Shown here piece by piece: positions 38,029 to 52,349 of a stretch of DNA of 64,000 nt; the first letter of the stretch is position 1, and each line of letters opens with the position of its first letter. Source of the stretch: Raillietiella orientalis (lineage: Eukaryota). A model generated the notes under the pieces. That model ran no database searches. It was not told the origin of the DNA and saw nothing but the letters and a program-made list of their open reading frames with translations. Location of the stretch: the NCBI GenBank assembly GCA_036172245.1, contig JAYWIR010000019.1:2542001-2606000 (forward strand), read 5' to 3'. Both the position numbers and the translations under genes were made by a program.

Positions 38029-41000
38029 TTAGAGAGCTTCCAGCTGCTCAATAATATATTCTGCCAGCAGTTTACAAAAGTTATTCTCACCTTCATAGCC
38101 TGAAATATTTATTCCACATAAATCATGCAATAACAATAAATCATTAAAACTTATACCTGGAAAATAATTTACGTCTATAATAAAGTATTTATCAGTATTA
38201 TTTTCAATAATCACATCTACTCCAAAAAGAGTAATGTCAAGTGCTTCCCTCAACTGTTTTACTATTGCAGCAATGACGTTATTATCTGGCTGAGGCAAGA
38301 ACATGTTATATTGCACATCAATTGGTGATTTAGATACTTCGTGGCTATCAAAAAAAATTGTTGGGAAATCTAGATTCATGTTATAAAATGAATGTAATTA
38401 CTGACAAAAATCATTACCTCCACTTGGATAGTCTTTCAAAGAAGATCTTCGCACTGCATAATGCTTATTTCCTATCACAAACACTTTGAACAAATTAGCA
38501 TTATGATTGATAAACATCTGAGCAACACAAGGATATGAACAATCCTCCATTCCCTTCTCATTGAATACAAGTGCCATCTAGAATAAACAATGCAAAATAT
38601 ACGAATACTGTAATGTGATTAAAGATAATTTAGATGTAATGCACCCACAATAGTTGATGATTCCTTTTTTAAATGTTTAATTCGTATTGCTTGGGAATAA
38701 GAGACATGAAATGGACATCAAGTTCGAGAATGACATTTCAATTTGGTTGCTACATTTTCAAAAGCTTCCTAACAACTTACGTTTGACAAAATAAACTACT
38801 CCTTGAATTCAAAATGGGTGATGAAAATCTGTTTACTTTTCAAAACAATAGCTTTGGAGGTTTACTGAAGTTCTGAAACTTAACCCACAGATACCTTTTC
38901 ACACAAAAATTCTAAAAACAGGAAAATGCAGAAATTGTAAGCAATCGCTTCGTAACTCATAAGTTGAATAGTGTTTAAAATTACAAGGATCAAAAATAGT
39001 CAGACATCACTACAGCATCTCTAAAGACTACAGGTATTTACAACAGTTTATGGGAAGTATTATTCACACAGGAATAACAGAAAATAGGTCCATTTACTTT
39101 TTCAGATGAATGGATGCAACATAATACAAAATGTTGAAAACCCAAATAAAACAGAAAAGGCGAATGCATTTCTACAAATCTAACTTAAGTGCAATTAATT
39201 CATCCACATAGAAATTCACACTTGTATTCACATTGCTGCATTTAGTCACTGACAGCAAAAAGATTTCCAAGCTAATTATGGCACCAAAATGCTAATTTTT
39301 CACAAGACCAGTTTTAACCATCTGTGAGCCTACAATTTAATATTGCTTGCAAATGTTTTTGTGTACAACTTTCCATTTGAAATTTTATTCAGTGTCATCT
39401 TTGAAAAGGTATACTGGAAATGTTTTCCATTTTGAGCTAAATACACTTGACATAACAAATGGACAATATGCAGGGAATGCAGACAGTTGTAATTAAATAA
39501 GTTTTACTTCCAGCAAACTATTCGAAATACCACAGAAAAATACACTACTATGAGTAGCACACAATAAAATAATTTCAGTGCTATTTCCTTATAATGGAAC
39601 ATATTAAACACTTGTCATCAAGTAAAGAAAAAAAAGTTCCTTTGTTGATATTAATCAAATGGTAATTTTTACTACTTGCATGGCCCCATATACCCATATC
39701 CATTATGAACATCTACTTACTTGATGTGCAGATGGTGACCCGTGGGACAGCAAAGGCTTGCACACTAAAAAGCAAACACGACGATAATACATAAAATAAT
39801 TACATGAATTTATAACATATTTATTCTTAGATATAATCCATAACTTCCTTTCAACAATATGAAACATCGACTGGCAATATTTCAGAACGCCACCAAAAAT
39901 ACTAAAATTAACAAAGGAGGACAAAGTTTTGGAGTCGGTTTGTGCTTTTTCTAATAAATAATGCACGGACATCAATGTCGAAACAAAGTTAATAATCTCG
40001 CACGTTGCCTTTAGCAAAAAAAGCCTAGGAGAATTTTTCAAAATTACAACATATAACACAAAGCTAGGGGCAGAACATTGTCCTATTCTGTTACTGTTGG
40101 TATTTAATTCTATGATAGAGGCAAAAACTTTAGGACGCAACAAAAATATATGATAGGATCACAGTTTTCAATTAACCATCAAGGAATCAAGTATTTTGAT
40201 CAGTAAACTACTGAAATGCTGGATCAATTCTAAAACATGCACAAGTCATTCTCAAAGAAATGTTGCCCACTATGTTTTAATCTGGTTGTACTTTTTATGT
40301 CATTCAAACATGATTTCCTCCCACTGCTGAAACTACTTAGATAATCTTTGAGATCAACTATGTATTTTATATGCTAAGACTGAGTTGTACATGTTTTCCT
40401 AGTTTCTAAATAACTTCAAAGAAATGGTGAATTAAGAATGATGAAATGGGTGAAACGAATAGAGCTCATTTTAGGGTAACAAAGGGGAACATCTTAAAGT
40501 GACAAAATTTCTGAACCCAAGAGCTCTTCTGGAATCCAGCTTTTACATTTTCCAAATGCTGCACTTCCAATTCACCTGAGAAATTTACAAGCACAGATTG
40601 GAAAAAATATGCTACTTGAAGAGATGAAATCATACTCTGAATGGAAAACTCATCACAAAATTGAAGATCAAAAAATGAATCTTGGTCTTATGAACTCTAT
40701 GTATCATTGGGTATATTACTTATACCCAATTATGCATAGGAAAGTCTGATATGTAATACATTGTATTTTGTGTTCATATCTAGAGAAGAGACGACAATGA
40801 GGGCTGAAATCATAATAAAAATGCTCTGAATACAAGAGATTTAAATTTGACTCTGACTTCCAGCATGAAACATTCAAGATACGGGACCCTGAAACAACCA
40901 GAATGCGAATAAAAAAAAAAGGAATTAAAAAAACTGCAACTGCAATGATGAAATGCACAAGTCTCACAAAAATTAAGTTTTAGCTTAAAGGTTTCCATAT

Positions 41001-43907
41001 TAAATGGCAACTCACCATTAGATTCAGTGAAATACATTCTTATTTATTCTTGCAAAAATGATTTATATCTTAATTCGCCAAAATCCAAAAATACTGGAAA
41101 AACATATGAAATATTCCATCATTCCAAGATGATAAGAGTGCACTTTACAGAGAAGTTAAGTTATACGCAACTGGGAAAATGGTACTGCTAGCTTATATTC
41201 ATTGGACTATCACACTTCAATAGAACGTATTCTGTTCTCATATTGTTCAGTAAGTCAACAGATGCAAACATTATTACTTTTTACATCAAAACTGAATACT
41301 TTATAATGCATTATATATATTATTATATTCCAAAGAGCATACCAACTGCATGTTTATGAATAAATAATACTTTGATTTTAAAAAAAAAAATCATTTGCAC
41401 ATTTTAAGTAAACATAATAAACAATTATTCATAAAGGCTTTAAAGAGTAGTTGGCACTTTGAAGTTTCATGTTAACTCACTCATTGAGGTTAACTAACAT
41501 TAAACAAGGATGAAGAGTTATTACGAACAAGAATGTCACAGTAAAAACAGCATAAAACTGCATAATTTTACATCGGAATTTGCAACATTTCCAAATCTAT
41601 TATGCCTTTTTAAGCCAAGTCAGTAATCCTTTAATATTCAAAAAAACTAAAAATTTTGATACATATCAATAGTCACATGCCATTCATCACTAGAATACAA
41701 ATTTCATGTATAAATTAATTAAGCATACACACAATCAAATGCTTCAAGATGTTACCAATAGGGAATTTGATATTTGCTGTTCTGAGCCGAAAAACGTTTT
41801 CATCATAATTTTTTGATGTTAACACAATATATTTTGGCACTGCAGCTATTCCTAAGAAAAAAAAAAGAAAACAGAAATGAAACAAGCACGAACCAATTCT
41901 AAATTTTTACATAAGTACTTTCATTGCATAAGATGATTTTTTTGAACATAATCTTAAAATGTTGCCAATAAATATAACTGTGCCAATTGCAAGGATCTTA
42001 TCTACCTATACAATCCTCACTGGAAAGCTCAATCATTCAAAGACACTTAATATGCAATAAAACCTCTTCTGAATAAATAAAGGTATGCACACCACATATG
42101 CATATCTTTTATCCTGCTTTTTTAAAAATGTAACAATGTCCCATCTGCAATAGCAAATCAAGGTCTTAAAAACCAGATGCATGTATTAAAATAGAAAATT
42201 GTTATCCTGATTATTGTTAACTCTACTCACTGAAACATATTAGTCTTGAAACATGTCATGTTCAATTGTACATGATTATGTTTGATTTGATTACATTGCC
42301 TACAGTAATACTATCAATCCATCTTGGTGAACACCCTCACAAAGTGGCAACCAATCCAATTTCTTCCTTACATTTCAACTGTACACTTTATTAATTTTTT
42401 CCCTTCATTTACATTCATTGCTGCTTAAGCAACACTTCCTATTTTCCTCCCATTGTGTACCTCACATGAAAGTGTAAAAGGATTTCATTTTCACTGTTGC
42501 TCTACTCTATTAACTTCAACTTTCTTTTGATTAACCAAAAGTTAATGTAATATGCTAAAACAGCAAATTTTTCAATTTTTTTGTAATAGAGCAAAAAATT
42601 TTTAAGAAAAGAAGAAACTATTAGACTCTATTAGTTACCAAGTCACACCATGGTACATGAAAGAGTGTGCCATAATTGAAGGAAAACTATGACAATTTAG
42701 ATAACACAAAAACAACTGGATCAAAACAAGCACATATGTCTGTAATAATGCTGGATGCAAATGAGGATATCATCTACAATGGCAATGGCAATTTGAATTT
42801 AAACTCTGGTTGATACAATTAACAGATAACTCTGGTTGATTTTGTAATTTTGTGTTTCCATGCATTACAAAAAGTGAATTTCCACAATTTTGGGATAATG
42901 GAGGTACACAGGATACAAAGTTTTCAATTGTTAAATTTATTAAAGCATCATCAATGGGTGATTTATTTTTAGATGAGTTACAAGAAAATACATCTTTGAA
43001 ATACAATTATGAAATCCGAAATCTTGCTGAAATTCAAGCTATACCTTGTCGAACAGTTAAACACCATTGGAGTTCTGTAGTGTAACAACTAAATGCATTT
43101 ATACATACAACAAACCAAACCAGTTGTTTTTTTACATTAATATCAAACTTTACAATCAAAATATAAATACACTTACCCTCAGTAATTAAAGAAGTGCTCT
43201 TTACTGCATCATATGTTGTTGCTCTATTTAAAAGTTTTATGATATTGTCAAATACATCCATAAAGATTTGAGGTGGATGATTCTCAAAATAATTCGTGAT
43301 ACTTTTATAAACCTCTGCCATCTTAAATGGAGCGAGTCATTTTATCCAACAAATTAGTTTAAAACAAACTTTATTATCTCCAGACTTCCCATGACTGGCG
43401 ACTAGCAAATGAGTCATTTTATGGAAAAACGCAATAAATGGTCCTTGGGATTCAATTGGTGCATTTAAATCTAACTAAAAGCAAAAATTAAATACATGAA
43501 ATCTAAGCCACATTTACCTTAACCAAGTGGAGACCATGCACCCTAGAACAAATGAAAAAAAAAAAAATGGAATAACATAAGTTGATAAATTTCATGATTC
43601 TTAAACTTAACATATTTCATGGTAATTTCTTAATCTACAACTCGGAATTATGACTGGTAAAACATAAGCTGCACTATTAAAACCCCCTTGGAAATATGCA
43701 TGGGAATGCCATGACATATGAAAATAACATGTGAAAATGAAGGCTTAAAAAGTGTAACACCTACAGGCCTTGCGTTTCAAACTCGCGAAATTCATGGTAA
43801 GATGACTGAAATGTTTACCTGAGCAAATTTTGCAATTCTTCGATATTAAGTTTTTTTGCTTTTTTATCATTAAGCCAGTACCCCACCTTGCCATCTTTGT
43901 GGGACAT
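38029..43907 (-). CDS. ITPK1: Inositol-tetrakisphosphate 1-kinase (ATP-grasp), 315 aa, 9 coding exons
   Basis: Exons 43907-43819, 43542-43518, 43474-43370, 43321-43177, 41851-41756, 39764-39721, 38577-38418, 38369-38157, 38099-38029; 948 nt in total. Motifs VGYWLNDKK, QGPF..HKMT, FPIVCKP..HGS.SAHQM, FINHNA.LFKVFVIG, LFGVDVI and IIDVNYFPGY. Confidence 0.96.
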
Positions 43908-46900
43908 ATTTATTTACATTCCACTGGAATTTGAACACCAATTCCAATTATTTTATGCGAGAAATACCAAAATGCTGACACGTTCATGTTATTGAATACG
44001 TAGCACTAACTTAACTCTTAAAAACGATAATAAAATCACAAAAAAACTACACGCAATTAATATTTCGACAGGCTAAAATACATTAAATCCTCGTGGGAAC
44101 ACAAGGTTAATAAGATCGGGAAAAACTCTGAAGTTGCTCAAGAACACAGCACTGTATTATTTTTACTATGTTTCAAACATGCGATTCTCTCCACGTTTCA
44201 TGGCCACCAGATTAAACCAGAAATATGTGCTAAATATTCAAAGTAAATTCCTCTGATCACCACCATTTTTCATTTTTTTTTTCTGATGGAAACAAATCCT
44301 TAATCGACTTTTACACATTTAAATAAACGTTCAAAACGAAGCAGTTTCTTTGCACTGGTCCACGGAACAGAACTCATCTGTTTTAAGGAATCCTTTTAGA
44401 AGTGAGAAAGTTCATTATGTGAAAATCATGGAAGACATGAGGCTCAGAAATTCCATATTTACGCTGCCACAACTTGGCACGTTTTCTGAAACTGATTCAT
44501 CTACACCGGTTCTTTGATAATTTTGTGAAAAGTTCATAATTGCTTTTTTGCCCCAAATTGAATACCACATTAAGAATATAGATATAGCTGATTAATTAAA
44601 ATTTAATATAGCGAGAAAAATATGATGCTGCAACTAGAAAATCGAGCGATAGTGACGTGATTTTCTATGCTAGAAATAATAGGAATGTATTTGGACTAAC
44701 TTAGCAATATGGAAGGAAAAATTTTACAAAACGGTCCTCTTTCAAATTTGATTTAAAACGTAAGACATCAAAACTTTTTTTTTCATTTAATTTCATTGTA
44801 AATGTTCTGAACACACTTTTTCTTCAGAGAAAAATGTAGATTGAAATCAAGTTTGTTAATATAAAATTATTCTCCATTCTTAGTATTAAACAATGAAAAC
44901 AATCCGCTTTCCACGAATATTGATAACACACACCTGCAAAAAGTTTTAATGCATATTTGAAGATGTATTATTGATTTTCATTACTATTCATACGTGAAAT
45001 TATTCTTTTCATTTATCATAGGCCTCTTTTTGATATATATCAAGTTTATTTTTTCCATATCAATTTTTTTAAACACTCATGATTGATCCAAGAGTAATCA
45101 CATAATCCTTCCAAAGGAAGTCACACTGGAGATTCCTTCTTTCATTCATACTTTCATTCATCGAGCTCTCTATGTTGTGATCGTTTCGTTTCATTCATTC
45201 ATGCACTATATGTGTCCACACATTTGAAAACTGAGACTTAAATTCAAAATTGCAATCTTTTGAACATTATTTTGAAAATATTCTCTTTGTGAAAGACAGA
45301 TGAAAAAATTGCCAAGACAAAAGCCATGATCTCTAAAAGTGAAGGAAAAACAAACAAACAAATGTGCCTGAAATTGCACATTTTTAAAGATGTGTTCTAA
45401 GATCTTCCGTTAAATTATTTTCCATAATAGTCACGATTTACAGCCTCTGATTTGGGACTTGAGTTCCTGTTCTCCAAAATGTATCGTATGCCATCGTGCA
45501 TCTTGCGAATTCCGCGAATCCCCTTGTATTTCTGTGTAAGTACATTCATCTGGCTCCTCATTTGCATCTCGTGACTGGAAGCAAAAAAGGAGATGCTCCA
45601 TACAGCCTTTATTTTTGCAAAGGAGAAATCGCTTATTCAGATGCCATAGAAAACCTATCTCGCTTGATGGTTATGTTGGATCAATGTTGCCCTGAAATCA
45701 TTGCTTTTCACATAACAGTTTTCTCCAATAACTATTCCAATGATCCCGAGTGCATGACCATCGGTTGCTAGTAGTTAGTAAAATCATTCATAAAAATGTA
45801 TTTCTGGAAATGTCTAAAGTAGTTATGAAATAAGGGGAAGTTACGTGCATGTTGCAAGGTGATGGTTGTTATATATGTTTGCATTTTATACCAAGTACCG
45901 CCAAATGGAAAGTACATTCATCCAATGTAATTGTTACAAGAGAAAAAAAATAAAAGGCAAATAGCCTGACTGTAGCCAAACTGTACAAACGCGCAGACCA
46001 TTCGCGTTCATTTGGATCAATTCATTCCGTGCTGACTTATAGAATGCCTCCTTAGGCACCCTACTTTGGAAGAAAGATGCTTACACCTCAGTGGCGCATT
46101 AATGAATAGATATCGTGGAGAATTTGTAGAGGATGTGAACTTGTGGAGTGAATACACGAACAGCAAACACCTCTGTGTTGCATAACATCGCAAATCCTTA
46201 CAGTCGTGGAAACAGACACAAATCATGTAAAAATAACTGCCTCAGTATATATAAATGCCTGTATTGCTTTCATAAAATTCAAAAGTCCATCGAACAGAAT
46301 ACAACAGGACAAGGCACACACGGAACTGTGAAGTTCGCATGAAAAAAAAAAAATCAAAATTGGAAAAGGAGCTGAATAGCTTTGCGATTTTTTTCTTTAG
46401 CAATCTGAGGCTACTTAGAAACTCAGTTCTAAACCTAATAAGAATGGATTATGGCTCTAATTTTTCGTTTGCAAATCGGGAACGCTTGACATTAGTAAGA
46501 AAATTGGAAGTTCTAGAATAGCCGAATTCGAATTGGTCATCAACTGAAACGTAACTTTTAGTAGGCCGAAAAGAATACAGGAGTGTCGTCCAGTAAAGGC
46601 ACCAGGTTCGCATCTCCGTACGAAGAGGCATTCCGACCAATCTCAGGAACAAAAATTATCCCGAGAGCTGAGTTGGTGTGCCTGAGGAAAGACAGGGTAG
46701 TTGCAGGGAGGTTGGTGGCTTTGGTAGCTGCAAGGAAGCAGTTGCGATTGGTAGCTGGAGAAAGGCAATGGTGATATTTTGGTCTAAGGAAAGACAGGAC
46801 TCTTTTGAAATGATCTTTGATTTCGATGTTTGCTTCTTGAACCTAAATCAACAGTTCTGTTGCGCTTGAAGGGAGCTTACTCTGAAGCTGAATGATGGAA

Positions 46901-47849
46901 TCAAAAATTTATTTATTTTTTTAATTTGATTTTTATAACTGTTTTGGATGACATAACCATTATGGGAAATCCTAGCAGTCGCCGTAGAATTTTGTTCCGT
47001 CGTTGCCGCTGCTAACAGATCCCTTTGCTGATGAATTTTCCGAGGTGACTCGTTAAACTAGTCTGGAAGTGGGTTTGAACAGGCGTGAAGGCCTGTAAGC
47101 AACAAGGCACTAAAGCATTGGCATTCTCCTCACCGCTTCCAACCCGTATATAGTAAATCTCTTATAAACTTATCAAACATAGAACCAGAAATATTTTAGT
47201 TCTGAGACAGAGAAATGTACTTTGTGCTGTAGAACTTATTTTGGGAATTCCAGGCGTGGGTTCTTCGTTGCAAAACGCGTCGATGATTTGTACAAAATTT
47301 CTTATTTCAGGAGTTTGTTTGAAATTTTGTTTTGTTTTTGTTTTCCCCTAAAATAGTTGGCTTTTTTATTTATTATTTTTTTATTCCCCTACGGGGGGTA
47401 AGAAAAAAAAAAGAAGGCATACTGAACGAGGGGCAGGAGTGAAACTGCCGAAGATGTTAACACAAAAACTGAAAAAAATCTTTGTTCTTTTCAAAGTCGG
47501 AATTTCTCATCGATGCATGCATGAAGGAAAATGCTTATCTTCCTTGAACCCTGAGGAAAGCAAGACACACAACATGCACAATGTAGAATCCATTCAAGGT
47601 TGGTGTCAAGTCATCAGATCCATGCTTGTCTGATGAATTGTTCAGGCTAAGAGCATAGAAACGTCTCATGCAGAAGCTTTGAACATTGCCAGGGGCTATC
47701 TTAAGAGTTGCTTTCATGAAACAAGGCTCTTAAGACTGAAAATGCTCTTTAAAAAGGGCTTTTTGATGCTTATGCGAAAATTAAATCGACGCTATTGGGC
47801 TCGAGGGCTATGAAATTACGGAATTCTAATTCTCTCTTACGATTCGTAG

Positions 47850-49404
47850 TTATGCATTGCAAAGGCTAAATTCAGCTGCGAATGTGTAGATTATCCTCCC
47901 AAGTAGTTTCTTTATTAAAACACACACACACACACAGCTTTGTCTTCTAGAGAATCCTCTTTCTTGCTCTGGAAGTGTCCTGTGCTGAACGATCACATGA
48001 GAACTTGCATGAAGTTTGATCCGATTACCAATATCGGTGAGATGGTCAGTCTGTCCAGCGGATCCAAGACATGTTTCAAGAATTGGTTTGGGTCGGGGTC
48101 TTCGATTCTTGTAATGTTGGGGGACGACAGGGGTATATGCACGAAATAACAAAGAATGTACATCTTAAAGCTAATTCAACGCAACCGAGCACTTCATTTT
48201 GCAATTATATGGACCTGCGGGACACTTCATTTTAGTATTTGAAAAATAATTTGTTCTGAGGTCCCTTATTCAGGTGAGATGAACGGCAATATGAAATCCT
48301 GTATATTGATTTATGTCTGTTTGGAATATCGTAAGATGAATCAGAACACCATGTCGAGAACGGAGGAATGAGTGTTGTTATTGCACACTTGCTTCTTTTC
48401 TGGTATCTTAATAGATATTCATATTTGATGGTATACTTCTTACGCAGATACACCCTCATTTTCAAGTAAAAAGAGGGAGTGTTAGGTCTTGATACGTCTT
48501 CTGAAAAGTTGGGCTTCAGGTTGCGCTTTTTATTATTTCTTGGTTTGTGGCTTGCAGCATCGTTACATGTTGTTGGTCTGGCAACTTCAGGATGTTCTTC
48601 ATCCTTATCATTCCCTGTGTTTCTCACGGAAGGAACACTCTGTGCCCTGTGCAGCATTTTGGACGCTCTTCCTAAGTTATCAGAGGCCCTCAAATCAACA
48701 TGAAATTCCACACTGTCGTTCGGGGACATAGATTTGGACTTTGGAGAACGGACGTTTTCTTTCAATAAAGAAACGTTCTCATTTCGTGAATGATTGGATC
48801 TTCGATCAACTTTCTGATTTCCAGTGTTTTCTGATTTCGCTATCTGATAATTTTTGTTGTGAGTGTTCTCCCTTGAGAACTCGTTAAAAGTCTGAGTTTC
48901 ACCAGCAGGTGCAGTGAATATCCTCCGTTCATCGACGGCCTTCCAATCAGATTCCGTCTGCCGATTTCGTGATTCTATTGCTGAAGACAGACGAGGACGT
49001 CTTGCTAGCGAAGATGCTGGGCATACATCTGACTTCAGCTGTACTGCTGAATGCGAGCGGGCACTTGTGAGACTCTTTCTGGGACGCGTAGAACGGTGGA
49101 TGAAAGGCTTCGTGCTGTTGGTGGCCAGTGGAGCTTTGAACTGTTGAATCGCCACCGCCGCCGGACACCCGTTGCCTTCTCCATTTTTGCAATCGCCTTT
49201 ATTCAGAGGTGCAGGGTTGACCTCTGGAAAAGATACCGATCGAAGGTAGCAAAACATTTGCGCTGTTTTGTGCGGTGTTTATTTCATCTTTTTTTTAAAA
49301 AAAAAAAAAAAAAACGAAAGTTTCTTTCACTTACTTCCAGGTGAGTGCACATAACCGTGACGAATCGGGTATCTTTCAATTTCTTTCATTTCTGTCGCTT
49401 CATT
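47850..49404 (-). CDS. Hypothetical multi-exon protein, S/R/N/K-rich and probably disordered; both ends unresolved
   Basis: Three consecutive phase-compatible GT-AG exons: 49404-49335, 49223-48444 (780 nt, inside the 341-aa ORF) and one starting at 48163 (in frame with ORF 47850-48152). No domain recognised. Confidence 0.55.
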
Positions 49405-51339
49405 CTAGAATTTCCAAAATTACAAATTAATGAAATGCTGCCATGCTCATTTCCAGTGTGGGTGTATCGGAAAGCAACGAACAATTCAAAAAACGTGTTC
49501 AAAAAAACCGTATGGAAACTTCGATGCAGGAATTTTAACTGAAGTTCCCGTTTGAATGGCTCGAATGACCAGTGGAACGTAGAGGGAAAATGATTCTCAA
49601 GCAGAGAGAAGCATGGACGAAGGATTGCAAGGGCTGGAAGCTCTTCGTTTACTTGAAACTGCATTCGAATGTTGCCTTCTCGAAGCAGGAACCAAAGCTT
49701 TTCCGTCACACGAAAGAACCTCAGGGAAGTGAAAGTCACTTAGGAAAGGCGAGGCCTTAGGACCTCAGAAGATAAAAAAAAGTCAGCTTGATTTACTTGT
49801 TTGGAATCCCTCTTTCCTCGGAACGGTTTCGTCAAAAGATTTAATTTCTATTCGTGAAGCGTGGGCTCCCAAATCGCTTCACAGATCGAACGGAAGTATT
49901 TTGAGGACTTTCTTTTGGATCATGCTGTTTATGTAACAAATTATTTATGTAATAAATTTCCCGATCAAGTACAGCCATTCTGCATTCTTTAAGATGGTTT
50001 GCTGCAAAATCTCGTATCGATTCGAAAAGCTTCCATTGGGTGATGAAATAATTAAATTCATTTCATGCCATACCGCTTTCGCTCCATTCTCTGTTTTTCG
50101 ATTGCCGTGTACTTAAGGAACGTGTAGGCTGTAATAAATGCTCATGGAATAATAATAAATTCATTTACTTCTCTATTTCACAGTTTTCTCAATTGCGATA
50201 CTCCTTGACGTCTACACAAATTAGTCTAAAGGTGGGAGCAGAACCCAGGCACTGAGGTCACCCAGCACTAGGATCTCTCAAAAAATACGAAATTTCAGCT
50301 CTGAATAACACATATGCAAATCGAAACTGATTCGAAACATGAGATTCTACAAACAGGAGACGATCTTCAAAAGGCAAAAAAAAACAACAGCAAAAAACAT
50401 GAATTGGCTGAAGAAGAAAAACAAAAGACCTGCACAGAGAATTCCAGAGTTCCTCGTTTTTGTCGTAAGAACGTTCCAATTGTATTACTCTCCCTCTTTT
50501 CTCAATTTTTCTAGCGCTGATAGAAAGTTCGTCGCAGAGTGCATTGAGATTAATTACTAACTAACTTCACATGAATTACAGCGGTAAGGTTGGCGTCTCA
50601 AGTTGGACACGCTAATTCACACCCGGAGCATGCTGATGAAACTAAATGTCTCAAATAAATAAGGGATGAGTCGCAAAATGAAAGAAGAAAAAAAAACCTT
50701 GAATTTGGTTGGCGTGGAATATAGCATATTTCTAGAATTTACTTGGGCCTTCCGTAGACAACCGAGGTCTCTGCCTATTATTTCAGAATATCAGTCGGAA
50801 CAGCAAAAGATGAACAAATGTTGCGAATAGGATCTCTCTAACGAAGAGCACGCTTACGATTCCAAAGACTGTGCCGCTGGTAGGGGCAATTCCTAAAGGT
50901 TGCTTCTAGGCTCGTGCACTAGATACTGGAAAATGGTTTCGAAGTGAGGGAATTTTTGTAGAAAATATAGATCCTTTGTTTGAAAACTGCGGTTTCTAAA
51001 ATCGGAAATTTGTATCAGAAATGCCCCATTCCATGAGCAATTAATTGATTCTAGTTTGCTTTTTTAACTGCACACCTTCTGCTCATCCTTTTCCTTGCTT
51101 CCCTTTTTTAAAAAAACAAAACCAAAAACACGTGCCAAGATGCTGAGAACAGTCATGCATCTCCTCTCGCAATCGAGCAGTAACACCTTCCCTCTCGGAC
51201 TTACTCCCTTATTACGTGTGGATTTTTGTAGACAAAGAAGCGAGTGGCATTAGACTTCGTAGGGCTGAGGTCTGCGCGCTTTCCTAAGAGAAAACCCACT
51301 TTGGATCAAACTGGAGTTCGCTGAAAGTCTTTCGCTACT

Positions 51340-52260
51340 CAAAAGGGAAGATTTTCTGTTTGCCTTTGCTTACGGCGAAAAACGAGACTGAGATAGCTGA
51401 GACTGAGGTCGGAGACTGGGTTAGTGATGAGTGATCTGAGAGAGACTCCATATTCACTAAAGCCAAACAAAGTGCACGTGCCTAGGCGTTCCCGATTGAA
51501 GAGAACACCGCGACAGCAAAAGGGCCACGCGTGTTTAAGGACATAACTTATCATGTGCCAAAGGAATGTAAACAAAGGACACCACTGCATCGTACCAGGG
51601 AGGGAGAATTGTCGACATTTAAGTGATCGACTGTCAAACATTTTCGTTCTTCTTCCCCCTAACGTTGAATCAATACAAGACATGACAACTGACGGTTGTT
51701 ATCAGTTTCATTCAAGAAACCGTGTGCAACTGCTAAAACTCGGTTCCAGGGCGTCGGAAGGTAAAATCGCAAAGCATGAGCTGCAGAGAAATGTCAGCTT
51801 TTCTTTATGATTCAATTCCATATGCATTTCTTCGGAATTAGGGAGAAAGTACAGTGCATCCTCAATCCAGGGCAGCAGCCAAACGATTGTAAACGGAAAC
51901 TATAGAGCGATCTGTTAGCAACAAGTTTTGGATGCATTGAATTTCCAAATCGTTTGCTCTGCTCTTTACCGGTTGAGAATACAAACATCCTGGTTACCAT
52001 CAAGGAAGGGAAAAAGTCTGAAATAAAGTCGAAATTCCCAATTCCACAAAGCAAGGCACGTGGCTCGTGAAAGGTCCACTGTCCCGCTCTGTTTGAAATA
52101 CCCACGATGAGGAGCTCCATTCACCATGCTTTCCTATACAAAGCCAACATCAAAGGACCTGCATAATATGTACGACACTCGACCGACAGGGATCTTCGTT
52201 TGCCCAGTGTCCGTTAGGAAGACGAGTGTGACCTGCTTCTGATGGGTCCGACGCCAAATT
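51340..52260 (-). mobile_element. L1/Tx1-like RT remnant
   Basis: ORF 51339-51683 contains FSLPGTMQWCPLFTFLW, matching the L1-clade motif FxLxRGTRQGCPLSPLLF. Surrounding frames are broken. Confidence 0.55.
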
Positions 52261-52349
52261 AGCAATAGAATTTTGATGCAAAGTCCAACAAATAAAGTCG
52301 TGTTGTAAAGTTCAGCAATAAGGAATGCAATAAGAAAATTTAATTTTGT

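Noticed and set aside
16254..43907. Functional cluster or operon of ARG, RNF8-like, SMG9 and ITPK1
   Set aside because: Orientations alternate (+,-,+,-), excluding a polycistron, and the pathways differ. The IP6 requirement of SMG1 kinase is a conceivable SMG9-ITPK1 link, but nothing here supports co-regulation.
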